Assembly (NCBI RefSeq): GCF_001194135.2
Contig: NC_068984.1
Span: forward strand, 25,007,852 to 25,071,851
Reading direction: 5' to 3'
Length of the DNA: 64,000 bases
DNA from: Octopus bimaculoides
Lineage: Eukaryota
Under the pieces are notes generated by a model. That model saw only the letters and a program-made list of their open reading frames with translations, searched no databases and was not told where the DNA came from. Within the stretch, counting starts at the first letter, position 1. Each line of letters starts with the position of its first letter. Both the position numbers and the translations under genes were made by a program. Shown one piece after another: positions 52,843 through 64,000 of the stretch.

Positions 52843-53050
52843 ATGGAGAACACCAACACTTCGTTCAACAGCATTCAGGATCTTCGTCGCCACCTCCAGC
52901 TTCTTAGCGTCTACACCAAATTCTCTTCGTACACACCAACCAACAGCACCCGCACAGGTTCTATCACCTCACTGTTTGTGAATTACTTCACCATGGTTAA
53001 CAGCGAATACAACATGCGAGACCTGTTTTTTAAGCTCATGTGTAGTCTTT
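52843..53050 (+). CDS. Possible first coding exon or uORF of an unidentified gene
   Basis: ORF MENTNTSFNSIQDLRRHLQ... begins ~100 bp after the TATA box, with a second in-frame ATG in strong context (ACCATGG, ~52993). No family recognised. The ORF tail beyond ~53105 is SINE sequence. Confidence 0.25.
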
Positions 53051-53104
53051 GCAGCATGTGTCTATATTTTAAAACAATGTTAATACTCGATTTTTATGCA
53101 ACAG

Positions 53105-53320
53105 AAAGGAGACGAGCTGACAGAATCGGTACCGCACCGGACAAAATGCTTAGCGGCATTTCTTCCGGCTCTTTACATTCTGAGTTCAAATACCGCCGAG
53201 GTCGACTTTGCCTTTCATCTTTTCAGGGTCAATAAGATGAGTACCAGCTGAGCACTGGGATAGATGTATTCAACTTCCCTCCCCTCAAAAATTCTGGCCA
53301 CGTGCCAAAATTTGAAAGAG
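53105..53320 (+). mobile_element. tRNA-derived SINE family 2
   Basis: GAGCTGACAGAATCG...GAGTTCAAATACCGCCGAGGTCGACTTTGCCTTTCATC...AAGTACC. Related copies at 43755-43955 (-), 43310-43400 (-) and 16270-16355. Confidence 0.8.
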
Positions 53321-54092
53321 TTTTTATGCAACAGAACTTTTAGAAAGTTGTTGGTGTGCCGCAACACTTTTAATTCTTCATTCAGTTGGCGTGGATCGAA
53401 AACGGTTGAAAATCGCTGCTCTATTTAATAATTCGTTTGATAGGTCTCCGCTACAATAAGGCTAAGTTTCTAGTGCGGATCACTAACAAGGATGAAACAT
53501 GCCGAATTTGTCTCTTGTATTTGCCGAGAAAGAAATGTTACCAATTAATGTTATTTTTCTTTCACCGTATATTTGCTTATACTTTAGATTTTGTATGTTC
53601 TAAACCAAAAGCTCGGATCTAGGGTTCTCACAAACGTTAGGGTGACAGACAGCATTTCAGAAAATGTGAAAAAGTCAGAAAATTTGTACTTTATTAAAAT
53701 CACCTTTTAGAAAAATTATATATATATCATTTATTCTTTTAAGCACACTAAAAACCACATCTGTTGATTTAAGAGATTACGACCAAAATCTTGTTTCACT
53801 TATAATGACACGCTTGCATAAGTTTGGATTCAGCTCTTGTCAGACACATCTGCAGATTGTTATCATTGATAAAGCCATGAATGAGCAGCAGAAACAAAGA
53901 AGTTATTGAATTTTATATTCACAATTGTGACTGATTTCGCTGTTCACAGCTTTAAATGTTGAATTTGCATTTGCATTTTATGCACCGAGTAAAAAGTTAA
54001 TGCTTTTAATTCAATTTGTTCTGCATATGATTTAGCACTGTATGTGATTCAGAGTAGTCTATCTGATTCAGTTGGGAATGGCCAATAGGTGC

Positions 54093-54455
54093 AGTCATGG
54101 CTGTATGGTTAAGAGCATGTTTTGTGACCACGTGGTTTTGAGTTCAGTCCCATCGTGCGCAATTGTCTTCTAGTATAGTCTCGGGTTGATCAATGCTTTG
54201 TGAGTGAATTTGGTTCATGGAAACTGTGTAGAAGCTCGTATGTGCGCGCGATTTTTTGCGTCTGAGTTTGTCCCTATTAACACTTGACAACCGGTGCTGG
54301 TTTGTTTACGTCCCCATAAATCAAGGGTTTGGCAAAAGAGACCGGTAGAATAACTACCAAATTAAAAACTAGTACTCGGGTCGACATGCTCGATTAAAAC
54401 CATTCAAGGCGGTGCCCCAGCATGGCCGCAGTTCAAAGACCGAAAGAAGCAAAAG
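54093..54455 (+). mobile_element. tRNA-derived SINE family 1, near full length
   Basis: Head GGCTGTATGGTTAAGAGC...GAGTTCAGTCCC (A/B-box-like), core, and tail GGCGGTGCCCCAGCATGGCC. Other copies near 17820, 18400, 24390, 27100, 30630, 32770, 43000 and 59000. Confidence 0.8.
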
Positions 54456-54820
54456 ATTGTATGTATGTATGTATTAGTCGTTAGGGAATCACCTTCTTCA
54501 AATGTGACATTATTTTTGTAGGGTTGCGAAAATTAATCAAACATTTACTAGAGCTGCAGGACACATGAAAGGTTAGAGAACCACTCACTAAGCAATAAAG
54601 ATATAAATCATATACAACTGTAATTGAAATAGCATCATTTCAAGCATTTCATAATTTATCTTGTAGATGGCGTTTTAGAAGTATTTAAATTTTTAAACAA
54701 TGAACCTTTCACGGCTTTATTACAATATATTTGATATTGATCTGATCATGTGGCTTTATTAGTCCGTGGAGTAAAAAAACATAAGAGTCATTTCCCGAGA
54801 GAGTGGACACTATATGTATT

Positions 54821-55184
54821 TTATTACTATCTCCGCCTTAGTGAAGGCGGAGGCATTGTTTTCAGTCGTGTTTGTTTGTTTGTCCGTGGAAAAGAGATCT
54901 CAAGAACCGCTGGATGGATTCGGTTGAAACTTTCAAGGATGTTTGGCTTCGTGACTGGCACGAACTGATTAGATTTTGGGATCGATCTGGTACCGGACAA
55001 GGATTTTGGGTTATTTTTTCCTGTTTTTTACATAATTTTTGAGGGCGGTCAGGTTCGTTTTTAAAATTCTCGTTTGTGTGAGTTTACATCAGATATTCTC
55101 ATTTTTAAAATAATCTCTGGCTAATCGTTGAAAGAATGTTGGTGTTGCCTTGGCGGAAGTTTGCGCTCTCTGAGTGCTCTTGTT
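54821..55184 (+). mobile_element. Helentron-associated non-autonomous element (HINE/DINE-1-like)
   Basis: 5' TATTACTATCTCCGCC, short (GTTT)n, 3' sub-TIR CCTTGGCGGAAG and stem-loop GCGCTC-TCT-GAGTGC, T-rich ends. Confidence 0.7.
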
Positions 55185-55369
55185 AAATCTTTTTTTCTTT
55201 TTGCAACTAAACGTAGAGTGAGTTACTTTAATGATTTTTTTTTGTTTTTGATTTACTAGAAAACATCTTTTATTGCCAACAGAGATAATAATTACATATA
55301 TAACGTATTTATTTCTTTTAGACGAACAAATCGATCCCAGAACTTATTCTTTGTATGCCTAGTATATAC

Positions 55370-55400
<31 letters not shown>

Positions 55401-55403
<3 letters not shown>

Positions 55404-55786
55404 AGTAACGCCGTGCGCATGCGTGGAATTCAACAACCAAGCTTTCCCGCTTCATTCTGCCTCTTTCTTGCTGGCCAGCGATTGAGCAAGGACGTGTTTA
55501 GCTGTCTCTCTCCATCTTTCGAACTTACGCTAGACAGCTCGCTCACATCTACATACCAACGTCCCAACAACCATGCTCACACACACAGAAGACGTCTCAA
55601 CAAACAAGAGCTAAAGATGTATATATTCCACCTTGAATAAATGTTGTTTGTGTTGATAGTCTGGAGTTCAGCGTTCCGTTCATTCTGATTTTATATAGGA
55701 AAGTCAGGTATACATCTAATGATGTATAACCCACTTTCCTATAAAGTGGTGACCCTCCGACGAGATTCGAACACGCAGCCCGCTGA
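55401..55786 (+). mobile_element. 5' LTR plus tRNA-Trp primer-binding site
   Basis: TGTAGTAA start, AATAAA at ~55636, terminal hairpin, then TGGTGACCCTCCGACGAGATTCGAACACGCA, which is complementary to the 3' end of eukaryotic tRNA-Trp including CCA. Confidence 0.75.
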
Positions 55787-56669
55787 GCTACAATAACCCA
55801 CTTTCCATTATACTGGTGANNNNNNNNNNNNNNNNNNNNNNNNNNNNNNNNNNNNNNNNNNNNNNNNNNNNNNNNNNNNNNNNNNNNNNNNNNNNNNNNN
55901 NNNNNNNNNNNNNNNNNNNNNNNNNNNNNNNNNNNNNNNNNNNNNNNNNNNNNNNNNNNNNNNNNNNNNNNNNNNNNNNNNNNNNNNNNNNNNNNNNNNN
56001 NNNNNNNNNNNNNNNNNNNNNNNNNNNNNNNNNNNNNNNNNNNNNNNNNNNNNNNNNNNNNNNNNNNNNNNNNNNNNNNNNNNNNNNNNNNNNNNNNNNN
56101 NNNNNNNNNNNNNNNNNNNNNNNNNNNNNNNNNNNNNNNNNNNNNNNNNNNNNNNNNNNNNNNNNNNNNNNNNNNNNNNNNNNNNNNNNNNNNNNNNNNN
56201 NNNNNNNNNNNNNNNNNNNNNNNNNNNNNNNNNNNNNNTATCTCTTGTTATTCATTTTATACGGTTGTGTTTATCATCTTCTATCGTCTCCCTTACTGGC
56301 CATATGTTATCGTAGTATAACATATCATGTATATCATCTTTGATATATTATTTTGTGTTCGACCGTGTGACACGTTTAAATAAAAAGAGTCCTCTGTTTT
56401 TCCATTCGTCACCATTTCTCCTTGTCGTCACTATAAAACTGGATATCATTACCAACGTCAATACCATTACCACAACACATACAGAACAGCTATATTACAG
56501 TTCCTGCGCCGACGTCTTCACCATCAACGTACTGTCTACCACAATGTCGTGCGCCAACAACCCCACCACCAGGGACACACCACATAAACACACTCGGTTT
56601 TATCTTCACTGTAGAGTGGAATTTATCCACTCACGCACAACAGTCAGAGCTAGCCGACTTGGATATTTA

Positions 56670-56900
56670 ATACCAGGTAACAGGTCTCAACTAGCATCCG
56701 ACGCTCAACTATAGCTCTGCTCACTGACCACAACTTCCTGCGTATTAACATTCCAAATTTCCTTGTGTAACTTTTATAGAATATTCCGTATCAGGTAACC
56801 GGTCACAACTAGCATCCGACGCTCAACTATAGCTCTGCCAACTGACCACGACTTCCTGAGTACAGACATTTTAAATCAACTTGTGTAACTCTTATACGAA
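56670..56900. repeat. ~118-bp tandem duplication
   Basis: CAACTAGCATCCGACGCTCAACTATAGCTCTGC occurs twice. Possibly LTR-element internal leader sequence. Confidence 0.8.
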
Positions 56901-57745
56901 CTGGATTTTTTGTCTCTACAGACACTTCTAATATGTTCTGTGTTTTTTCTCACACACACACTTGTGCACTCATACATTTTCTTTCCTTTCAGTAAAAACA
57001 AGCACTCAGACTTTCACATTCCGTGATTCCAGTTCCTGGACAGTAGTCATCACGATTTGTTTTCTCNNNNNNNNNNNNNNNNNNNNNNNNNNNNNNNNNN
57101 NNNNNNNNNNNNNNNNNNNNNNNNNNNNNNNNNNNNNNNNNNNNNNNNNNNNNNNNNNNNNNNNNNNNNNNNNNNNNNNNNNNNNNNNNNNNNNNNNNNN
57201 NNNNNNNNNNNNNNNNNNNNNNNNNNNNNNNNNNNNNNNNNNNNNNNNNNNNNNNNNNNNNNNNNNNNNNNNNNNNNNNNNNNNNNNNNNNNNNNNNNNN
57301 NNNNNNNNNNNNNNNNNNNNNNNNNNNNNNNNNNNNNNNNNNNNNNNNNNNNNNNNNNNNNNNNNNNNNNNNNNNNNNNNNNNNNNNNNNNNNNNNNNNN
57401 NNNNNNNNNNNNNNNNNNNNNNNNNNNNNNNNNNNNNNNNNNNNNNNNNNNNNNNNNNNNNNNNNNNNNNNNNNNNNNNNNNNNNNNNNNNNNNNNNNNN
57501 NNNNNNNNNNNNNNNNNNNNNNNNNNNNNNNNNNNNNNNNNNNNNNNNNNNNNNNNNNNNNNNNNNNNNNNNNNNNNNNNNNNNNNNNNNNNNNNNNNNN
57601 NNNNNNNNNNNNNNNNNNNNNNNNNNNNNNNNNNNNNNNNNNNNNNNNNNNNNNNNNNNNNNNNNNNNNNNNNNNNNNNNNNNNNNNNNNNNNNNNNNNN
57701 NNNNNNNNNNNNNNNNNNNNNNNNNNNNNNNNNNNNNNNNNNNNN

Positions 57746-57787
<42 letters not shown>

Positions 57788-58999
57788 CACGTAGTAGATC
57801 TTGCAGGCATGAAGTGGATTCGATCCACCATAGCTAAATTTCAAGTAACAGTTCAACAGAACTTTTCTCACGGTGGAACAATAGTTTTTATGTGACAGCA
57901 GTTTTACATTTGCCAGATTGCCTTAGATAGGCCGAAATAATGTCTTCACCACTTGACCCTTTCTAACCTCTCCTAGACCACCAAAAGCTAGAATTAAGAT
58001 AACAAGACCACCAACTAAATCTATTGTTCTCAACGATATGTCTATCCTTCTGGATAGTTATAAAAGCAAGACCCCTAAGCAAAAATCAGTGAGTCGACTC
58101 GTGAAAACTCAATCAGTTAATGAATGACAACTCGAGTCAGAAACAGCTACCATCATTTAGGAAGCGGAATGCTAGAATCATGATCACAAGCAATGCAAGA
58201 CAATAGTCAGAGGGAGAAATGAAATTTACTGTCAGCAACTATGATATATCTTCTCACGACCCTACAACTTTCACTAGCTCTAGTTCTGTTCTCTTACAAC
58301 ATCATTTTATCGCTATCTGTGGATTACTACTAAGAATTCGTGTATACAAAACTATACAAGGAAAATCTACGACATCTAACTTTACTTCGCATGTTCTACG
58401 ATTTTATCATCTGCCCGTCGAGGTAAGGTATTGTATAATGTAACAGTAAAAATAAATATTTTCTTCACATCTTCAATCACTGTTCTTTCATCTTTACATA
58501 ATGGCAATGAACGGAGAACCAATCCTTACAAACAGATTACATCCATACTGCTGTGTATCAGCTATCTTTTATCATATTATTGTTTACTAATTAATTTCAT
58601 CCGTTATATATATAGTAATAATATTAGGGAATAAAAACTTATTCCAGCCTTACAGGCAAAAATCGGTATAATATTACACCGGGTTTCGTAATATATAATA
58701 TATATATGTATATAACTAATTTAGAGACGAACCACCACTCTACAACTCAGTCAACCAAGAACCCGTCCAAAACCATGCTGTGGGGCATATACCATATCAA
58801 TATTTATCTAAGATTTTAATCTAAAATTTTTATAATTTTAATAATATATAATATATCATATAAAGAAACATTCATCATAAAAATATGAATTCAAAATTCA
58901 AAATTATAAATAGGACAGTAAAAATTAATACAATAAAATAAAGTGTGAAAGTATAAATGCATAAAAGTCAGTGCTAGTACATATATATATATATATATA

Positions 59000-59165
59000 A
59001 GACGGGCATCTTCCAGTTTCCATCTACCAACTTCATTCACAAGGCTTTGGTCGGCACGAGGCTACAATAGAAGACATTTGTCCAAGGTGTCACGCAGTGG
59101 GACTGAACCTGGAACCATGTGGTTTGGAAGCAAGCTTCTTACCACACAGCCACTCCTGCGCCTAT
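59000..59165 (-). mobile_element. tRNA-derived SINE family 1, 5' part
   Basis: Reverse complement of the same head and core. Confidence 0.8.
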
Positions 59166-59634
59166 GTGATACATATATAATACATAACCACATTAAAATA
59201 CAAATTCAAAACTGAAGAAAACACAAAATGAGCGAAGAAAGAAAAAGAGCAGGAAAGGTTATTGTTTGAGTAGGTTGTTTCACTTGTGGTTGACTTTTAA
59301 TGGAATTTGCTTTGACGGAAACTATGCGGAAGACTGTGTGTGTGTATGCGTGCGCCTGAGTGTACGTGTATGTATGCATATATCATTATTTAAACATAAA
59401 ACAGAGAATCAAAGCTGTATCCATTTACATCAAACAGTAACATAACCATTTGGTAAAAGAAAAAGTTAGGGTTAGGGTTAAAATAACTTTGACAGCTGCT
59501 CATTTTGCGCCATTATTATGTTTTGACAATCTTTATTTTTTGTTAGAAAGCTGACACATCTATTTTTTTATTCCAACTCATTTTGCGTTTTATAAAGTAT
59601 TTATGAATCGTTTTTTTGCTATTTTTGTTTAGAG

Positions 59635-60402
59635 ATGGATAAGTTGGAAATTCGTACAGTTTTAAAATATAAGTTCTTTCTTGGAAATACAGCATCACAG
59701 ACAGCTCAGAATATTAATGGANNNNNNNNNNAAGTTGGATAAATGGGTTCCACATGAACTCAATGAAAATCAGAAACAGCAGCGTTCGGAAGCCTGCACT
59801 ATGCTACTTTCTCGTCGCAAAAATAAATTATTTTTTAATCGAATTGTAACACGTGATGAGAAATGGATCCAGTACAACAACGGTAAACGTCCAGCACAAT
59901 GGTTGGACAAAGACGAACCATCAAAACACAGTTCAAAATGCAAAATTCATCAAAAGAAGCTGATGATGTGTGTTTGGTGGTCTGGCACAGGTGTGATCCA
60001 TTATGATTTCATTAAACCTGGCTCATCAATCACGGCCGAAGAATACTACAGCCAACTAGACCAAATGATGCAGAAATTTACAAACAAAAACAGCCTAGAT
60101 TAGGCAATAGACAACGCCAGACCACACATCACAAAAATGACATTGGCGTAACTACAGGAGTTAGAGTTGGAAGTTCTCCATCATCCACCATACTCACCTG
60201 ATCTTGTCCCCACTGACTACCACTTCTAGAATTTGGATAACTTTTTGATAGAAAAAAAGTTTAATTCCGACGATGCTGTAAAACAGGCCTTCCAAGATTT
60301 TATTGACTCTAGATTGCCAGGCTTTTACAGTTCCGAGCTGCACAAGCTACCGCTGAAATAGTAAATGTATATTGACAGTATGGGTGTATATTTTGATGAA
60401 TA
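59635..60402 (+). mobile_element. Degenerate mariner (DD34D) transposase
   Basis: WVPHEL, IVTRDEKW, DNARPH and HPPYSPDLVPTDY motifs; 34-residue D-D spacing; internal stops and a small gap. Confidence 0.92.
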
Positions 60403-62405
60403 AAACTATTCCTCGTATTTATAAACCATTAGCAAACTTTTTTTCTTTTCTACAAATTTAATACTTGACGACCTAATAACTCTTTATTTANNNNNNNNNN
60501 NNNNNNNNNNNNNNNNNNNNNNNNNNNNNNNNNNNNNNNNNNNNNNNNNNNNNNNNNNNNNNNNNNNNNNNNNNNNNNNNNNNNNNNNNNNNNNNNNNNN
60601 NNNNNNNNNNNNNNNNNNNNNNNNNNNNNNNNNNNNNNNNNNNNNNNNNNNNNNNNNNNNNNNNNNNNNNNNNNNNNNNNNNNNNNNNNNNNNNNNNNNN
60701 NNNNNNNNNNNNNNNNNNNNNNNNNNNNNNNNNNNNNNNNNNNNNNNNNNNNNNNNNNNNNNNNNNNNNNNNNNNNNNNNNNNNNNNNNNNNNNNNNNNN
60801 NNNNNNNNNNNNNNNNNNNNNNNNNNNNNNNNNNNNNNNNNNNNNNNNNNNNNNNNNNNNNNNNNNNNNNNNNNNNNNNNNNNNNNNNNNNNNNNNNNNN
60901 NNNNNNNNNNNNNNNNNNNNNNNNNNNNNNNNNNNNNNNNNNNNNNNNNNNNNNNNNNNNNNNNNNNNNNNNNNNNNNNNNNNNNNNNNNNNNNNNNNNN
61001 NNNNNNNNNNNNNNNNNNNNNNNNNNNNNNNNNNNNNNNNNNNNNNNNNNNNNNNNNNNNNNNNNNNNNNNNNNNNNNNNNNNNNNNNNNNNNNNNNNNN
61101 NNNNNNNNNNNNNNNNNNNNNNNNNNNNNNNNNNNNNNNNNNNNNNNNNNNNAAGTCGTGGTGGAATTTGAACTCAAAACACAAAGAACCGGAAGGAATA
61201 CTGTAAAGTATCTCCTATGGTTCCACAATCCACTACCCTCGTCAGTGACGTAACTAATAGGGAAGCAAGGGGAGCGACCGCTTCCCCGAATACATTTTTC
61301 AAAATTGGTGGCGTTTGCAGCAACTCTTTTTATTTCTTTAGTTCACTTGTGAGATAAAAGTCGATTTAAAAATAAAAAAAAAAATTTTTTGTTACTCGCA
61401 TAGCCTTGGACGAACTTTCTGAAGTTATTACTTTATTTGACCAACCTCTTGTGTTTTTGAACTGTCTGCCCATTCTCCTGTTATGTATTGGTAGCCGCTG
61501 AAATCTGAAGAACCAAAACAAACATTGATGTCATAGTTACACCTATATCAGTAGTTGTAAGTTCCATACATAATGACATTGTTACTGAAACATGGAATGG
61601 ATCTTTCTGATTTGGCGGACACCATTTGTTTTCTAACGAAACACTTTCAAACTTGGGATACTGGTAGAATGTGTCATATAAAACATCTTTTTCTCTTAGC
61701 CTTGTTAAGAAAAGTTTCTATATTCCAATCCACCACCATCCTTCCAGTAATACACAGCTGTTTAAATGAGTCGATACCGTTTGTTGGGCTTAACCCCCGC
61801 ACCACCACCACCAACTCACCTCCACCCAAAATTCAATTCCTTGTCTCACCTTCACTAATTTCGTAGGTAAAATAGTTACTTTGTCTAATCGAGAAATGCA
61901 GGAGCTACCTAAACATATTGCACGTACTTCTCATGATGATGACAAAAGTTATCGCTTTATACGGAACCCTTCTGAACCTGTAGCAAGTATCTTAGAGTCA
62001 CAAGCGTTTTGTCCATTAAACTGTATACTTTGCCTGAGTGGGGTAACGAGGATTGAATTAACCTACGTCTATGGGCAAGTTCTAAATTATATCAAATATA
62101 AAACACTATAATACCCTATATGTCGGCCTAACGAGGTCACCAACACGTTGTTTTGGTGACTGACGTTTTGGTAACTGAGTTCGCGAAAGCCTTCGTAATG
62201 TTCGTATTAATAACCGAGCAATCTCCAAACTCATTAACAGACACTGGCCAACCCATCAATCATCGCTATTGTGCGTGGAGTTTCTTACATTACAGCTCAG
62301 CTTTCACCCAGAAGCACAAAAAATAATTTAGAAAGAATCAAGTCTGGAGTATGGGGTGACATACTCCTTGTTAGATATAGATACGGTCACGCGCGTGCAA
62401 ACGCA

Positions 62406-62441
<36 letters not shown>

Positions 62442-63653
62442 CTACACACACATCGTCATATAATGACCTCTCCTATCATTCCATTTCCTCAGAGATTATG
62501 AATTCTTTACGTATATTTCCTCCTACGAGCTTTTATTAATTTTTTGTCTGACCACTCCTACCATCTCATTTTTTTCCTCTTCCTCTTCCTCTCAATAATA
62601 ATTATGTGCGCAGTCATGTTACTAGATAGACAGACGGACGGACGGACAGACAGACAGATAAACAGGCAGACAGACAGATTCTTTTACTTGTTTCACTCAC
62701 TAGATTGCAGCCGTGCTAGGGCACCGCCTTGAACAATATTTTTTAGTTGAGTGCTTATTTTGGTAAATTTTGGTATTAACACCCACACGATTTTAACTAA
62801 GAAAAAGATTACCGAAGACTACCAAGAATGTGTGTGTGTGTGTGTTCGTCTTAACGCAAAGGAAAAGGGCTATACTAGCCCAGTCTTGGAGCTCCAGGTC
62901 GAAGCACAACCATTTCATCTCCAAGTGACTTCTGGTAGTCTTCCGTAATTTTTTTTTTTCTTAGTGAAAATCGTGCGGGTGTTAATATCAAAATTTACCA
63001 AAACGACTGATAGAATAAGTGTCAGGTTTAAGAATTAAAATATTTCAATCCACTGATTGAAACACAAGAAAAAAATCCTTATAGGGCTCAGTGAATAGGT
63101 GTTAGATTCCTGTGAAAGAAATCACTCGTTGATTATTATTCTTGGTCATAAAAGATCAAGAAATAGACTCAGTGAAATATCCATTATTACAAATACAGGC
63201 AACACCTGCGTTACGACTCGACTACATCAGGTTACAGAATATCGTGCTTATGGAAACTTCGTGATATGGTTTGTAATTTCACTCCCACGGAAATTTTAAC
63301 TATTTAAAAACCACATTTTCTTAGCTAAAAACCACTGGTATTTTTTTTTTTTTGTTATCTCACTCCACTTTAAAAAAAATTGGATTATCGCCCTCAACTA
63401 AAAAAATTGTTCAGCCCTCAATAAAACAAAAAAAAAAAAACTGAAAAAATTAATAAACATGAAAAGCGAAAAGATTAAATGTCTTATTGAATCTGATAAT
63501 ATGTTTTATAAAAAATCGTATAAAACTGAAAAAATAAATAAACCTAAAAACTAAAAAATTAAACATCTAATTGAATCTAATAACATTTTTATAACAAATC
63601 ATACCATGTCTATTGAGGAGGCCAAAGTCAACAATGTGTTGAAGTATTGAATC

Positions 63654-64000
63654 TATAGGAAAGTGGGTTATACATCATTAGATGTATACCTGACTTTCCT
63701 ATATAAAATTAAGAATTAACGGAATGCTGAACTCCAGACTATCAACATAACAATATTTATTTAAGGTGTTAATATATACATCTTTAGCTCTTGTTTGTTG
63801 TTACAGCTTCTGTGTGTGTGAGCATGGTTGTTGGGACGTTGGTATGTAGATGTAAGCGAGCTGTCGAGCGTAAGTTCGAAAGATGGAGAGAGACAGCTAA
63901 ACACGTCCTTGCTCAATCGCTAGCCAGCAAGAAAGAGACAGAATGAAGCCGGAAAGCTTGGTTGTTGAATTCCACGCATGCGTGAGACTATGCATGCGCA
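63654..64000 (-). mobile_element. Third LTR copy, running to the window end
   Basis: High similarity to the reverse complement of 55401-55743. Confidence 0.8.

Overview
AT-rich, microsatellite- and SINE-dense animal DNA with several N gaps. The repeat families and composition look like octopus/coleoid cephalopod; this is an inference, not a database match. No intact protein-coding gene is supported. The main result comes from hand translation of the minus strand across stop codons. About 16 dispersed exon-like blocks from ~38.5 kb down to ~4.5 kb match human FANCA motifs in the correct N-to-C order, and every block is broken by stops and/or frameshifts. They are followed ~1.9 kb downstream, on the same strand, by two exon-like blocks (2559-2076) matching the N-terminus of FANCG, the binding partner of FANCA, also inactivated. 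The last FANCA exon ends in a strong splice donor whose phase joins the FANCG-like frame. This suggests a decayed FANCA-FANCG tandem or fusion locus. Two well-formed non-coding 5' exons at 46.4-46.8 kb and a sharp CpG-depletion boundary near 43.7 kb suggest the locus was, or still is, transcribed. A separate CCAAT/TATA promoter with a candidate first exon lies at ~52.7 kb on the plus strand. The rest is transposon debris: RTE and CR1-group LINEs, tRNA-SINEs, an RTE-tailed VNTR element, maT and mariner transposases, hAT MITEs, a HINE, and an LTR family with a tRNA-Trp primer site. All protein alignments were done by eye against human sequences recalled from memory and need computational confirmation.
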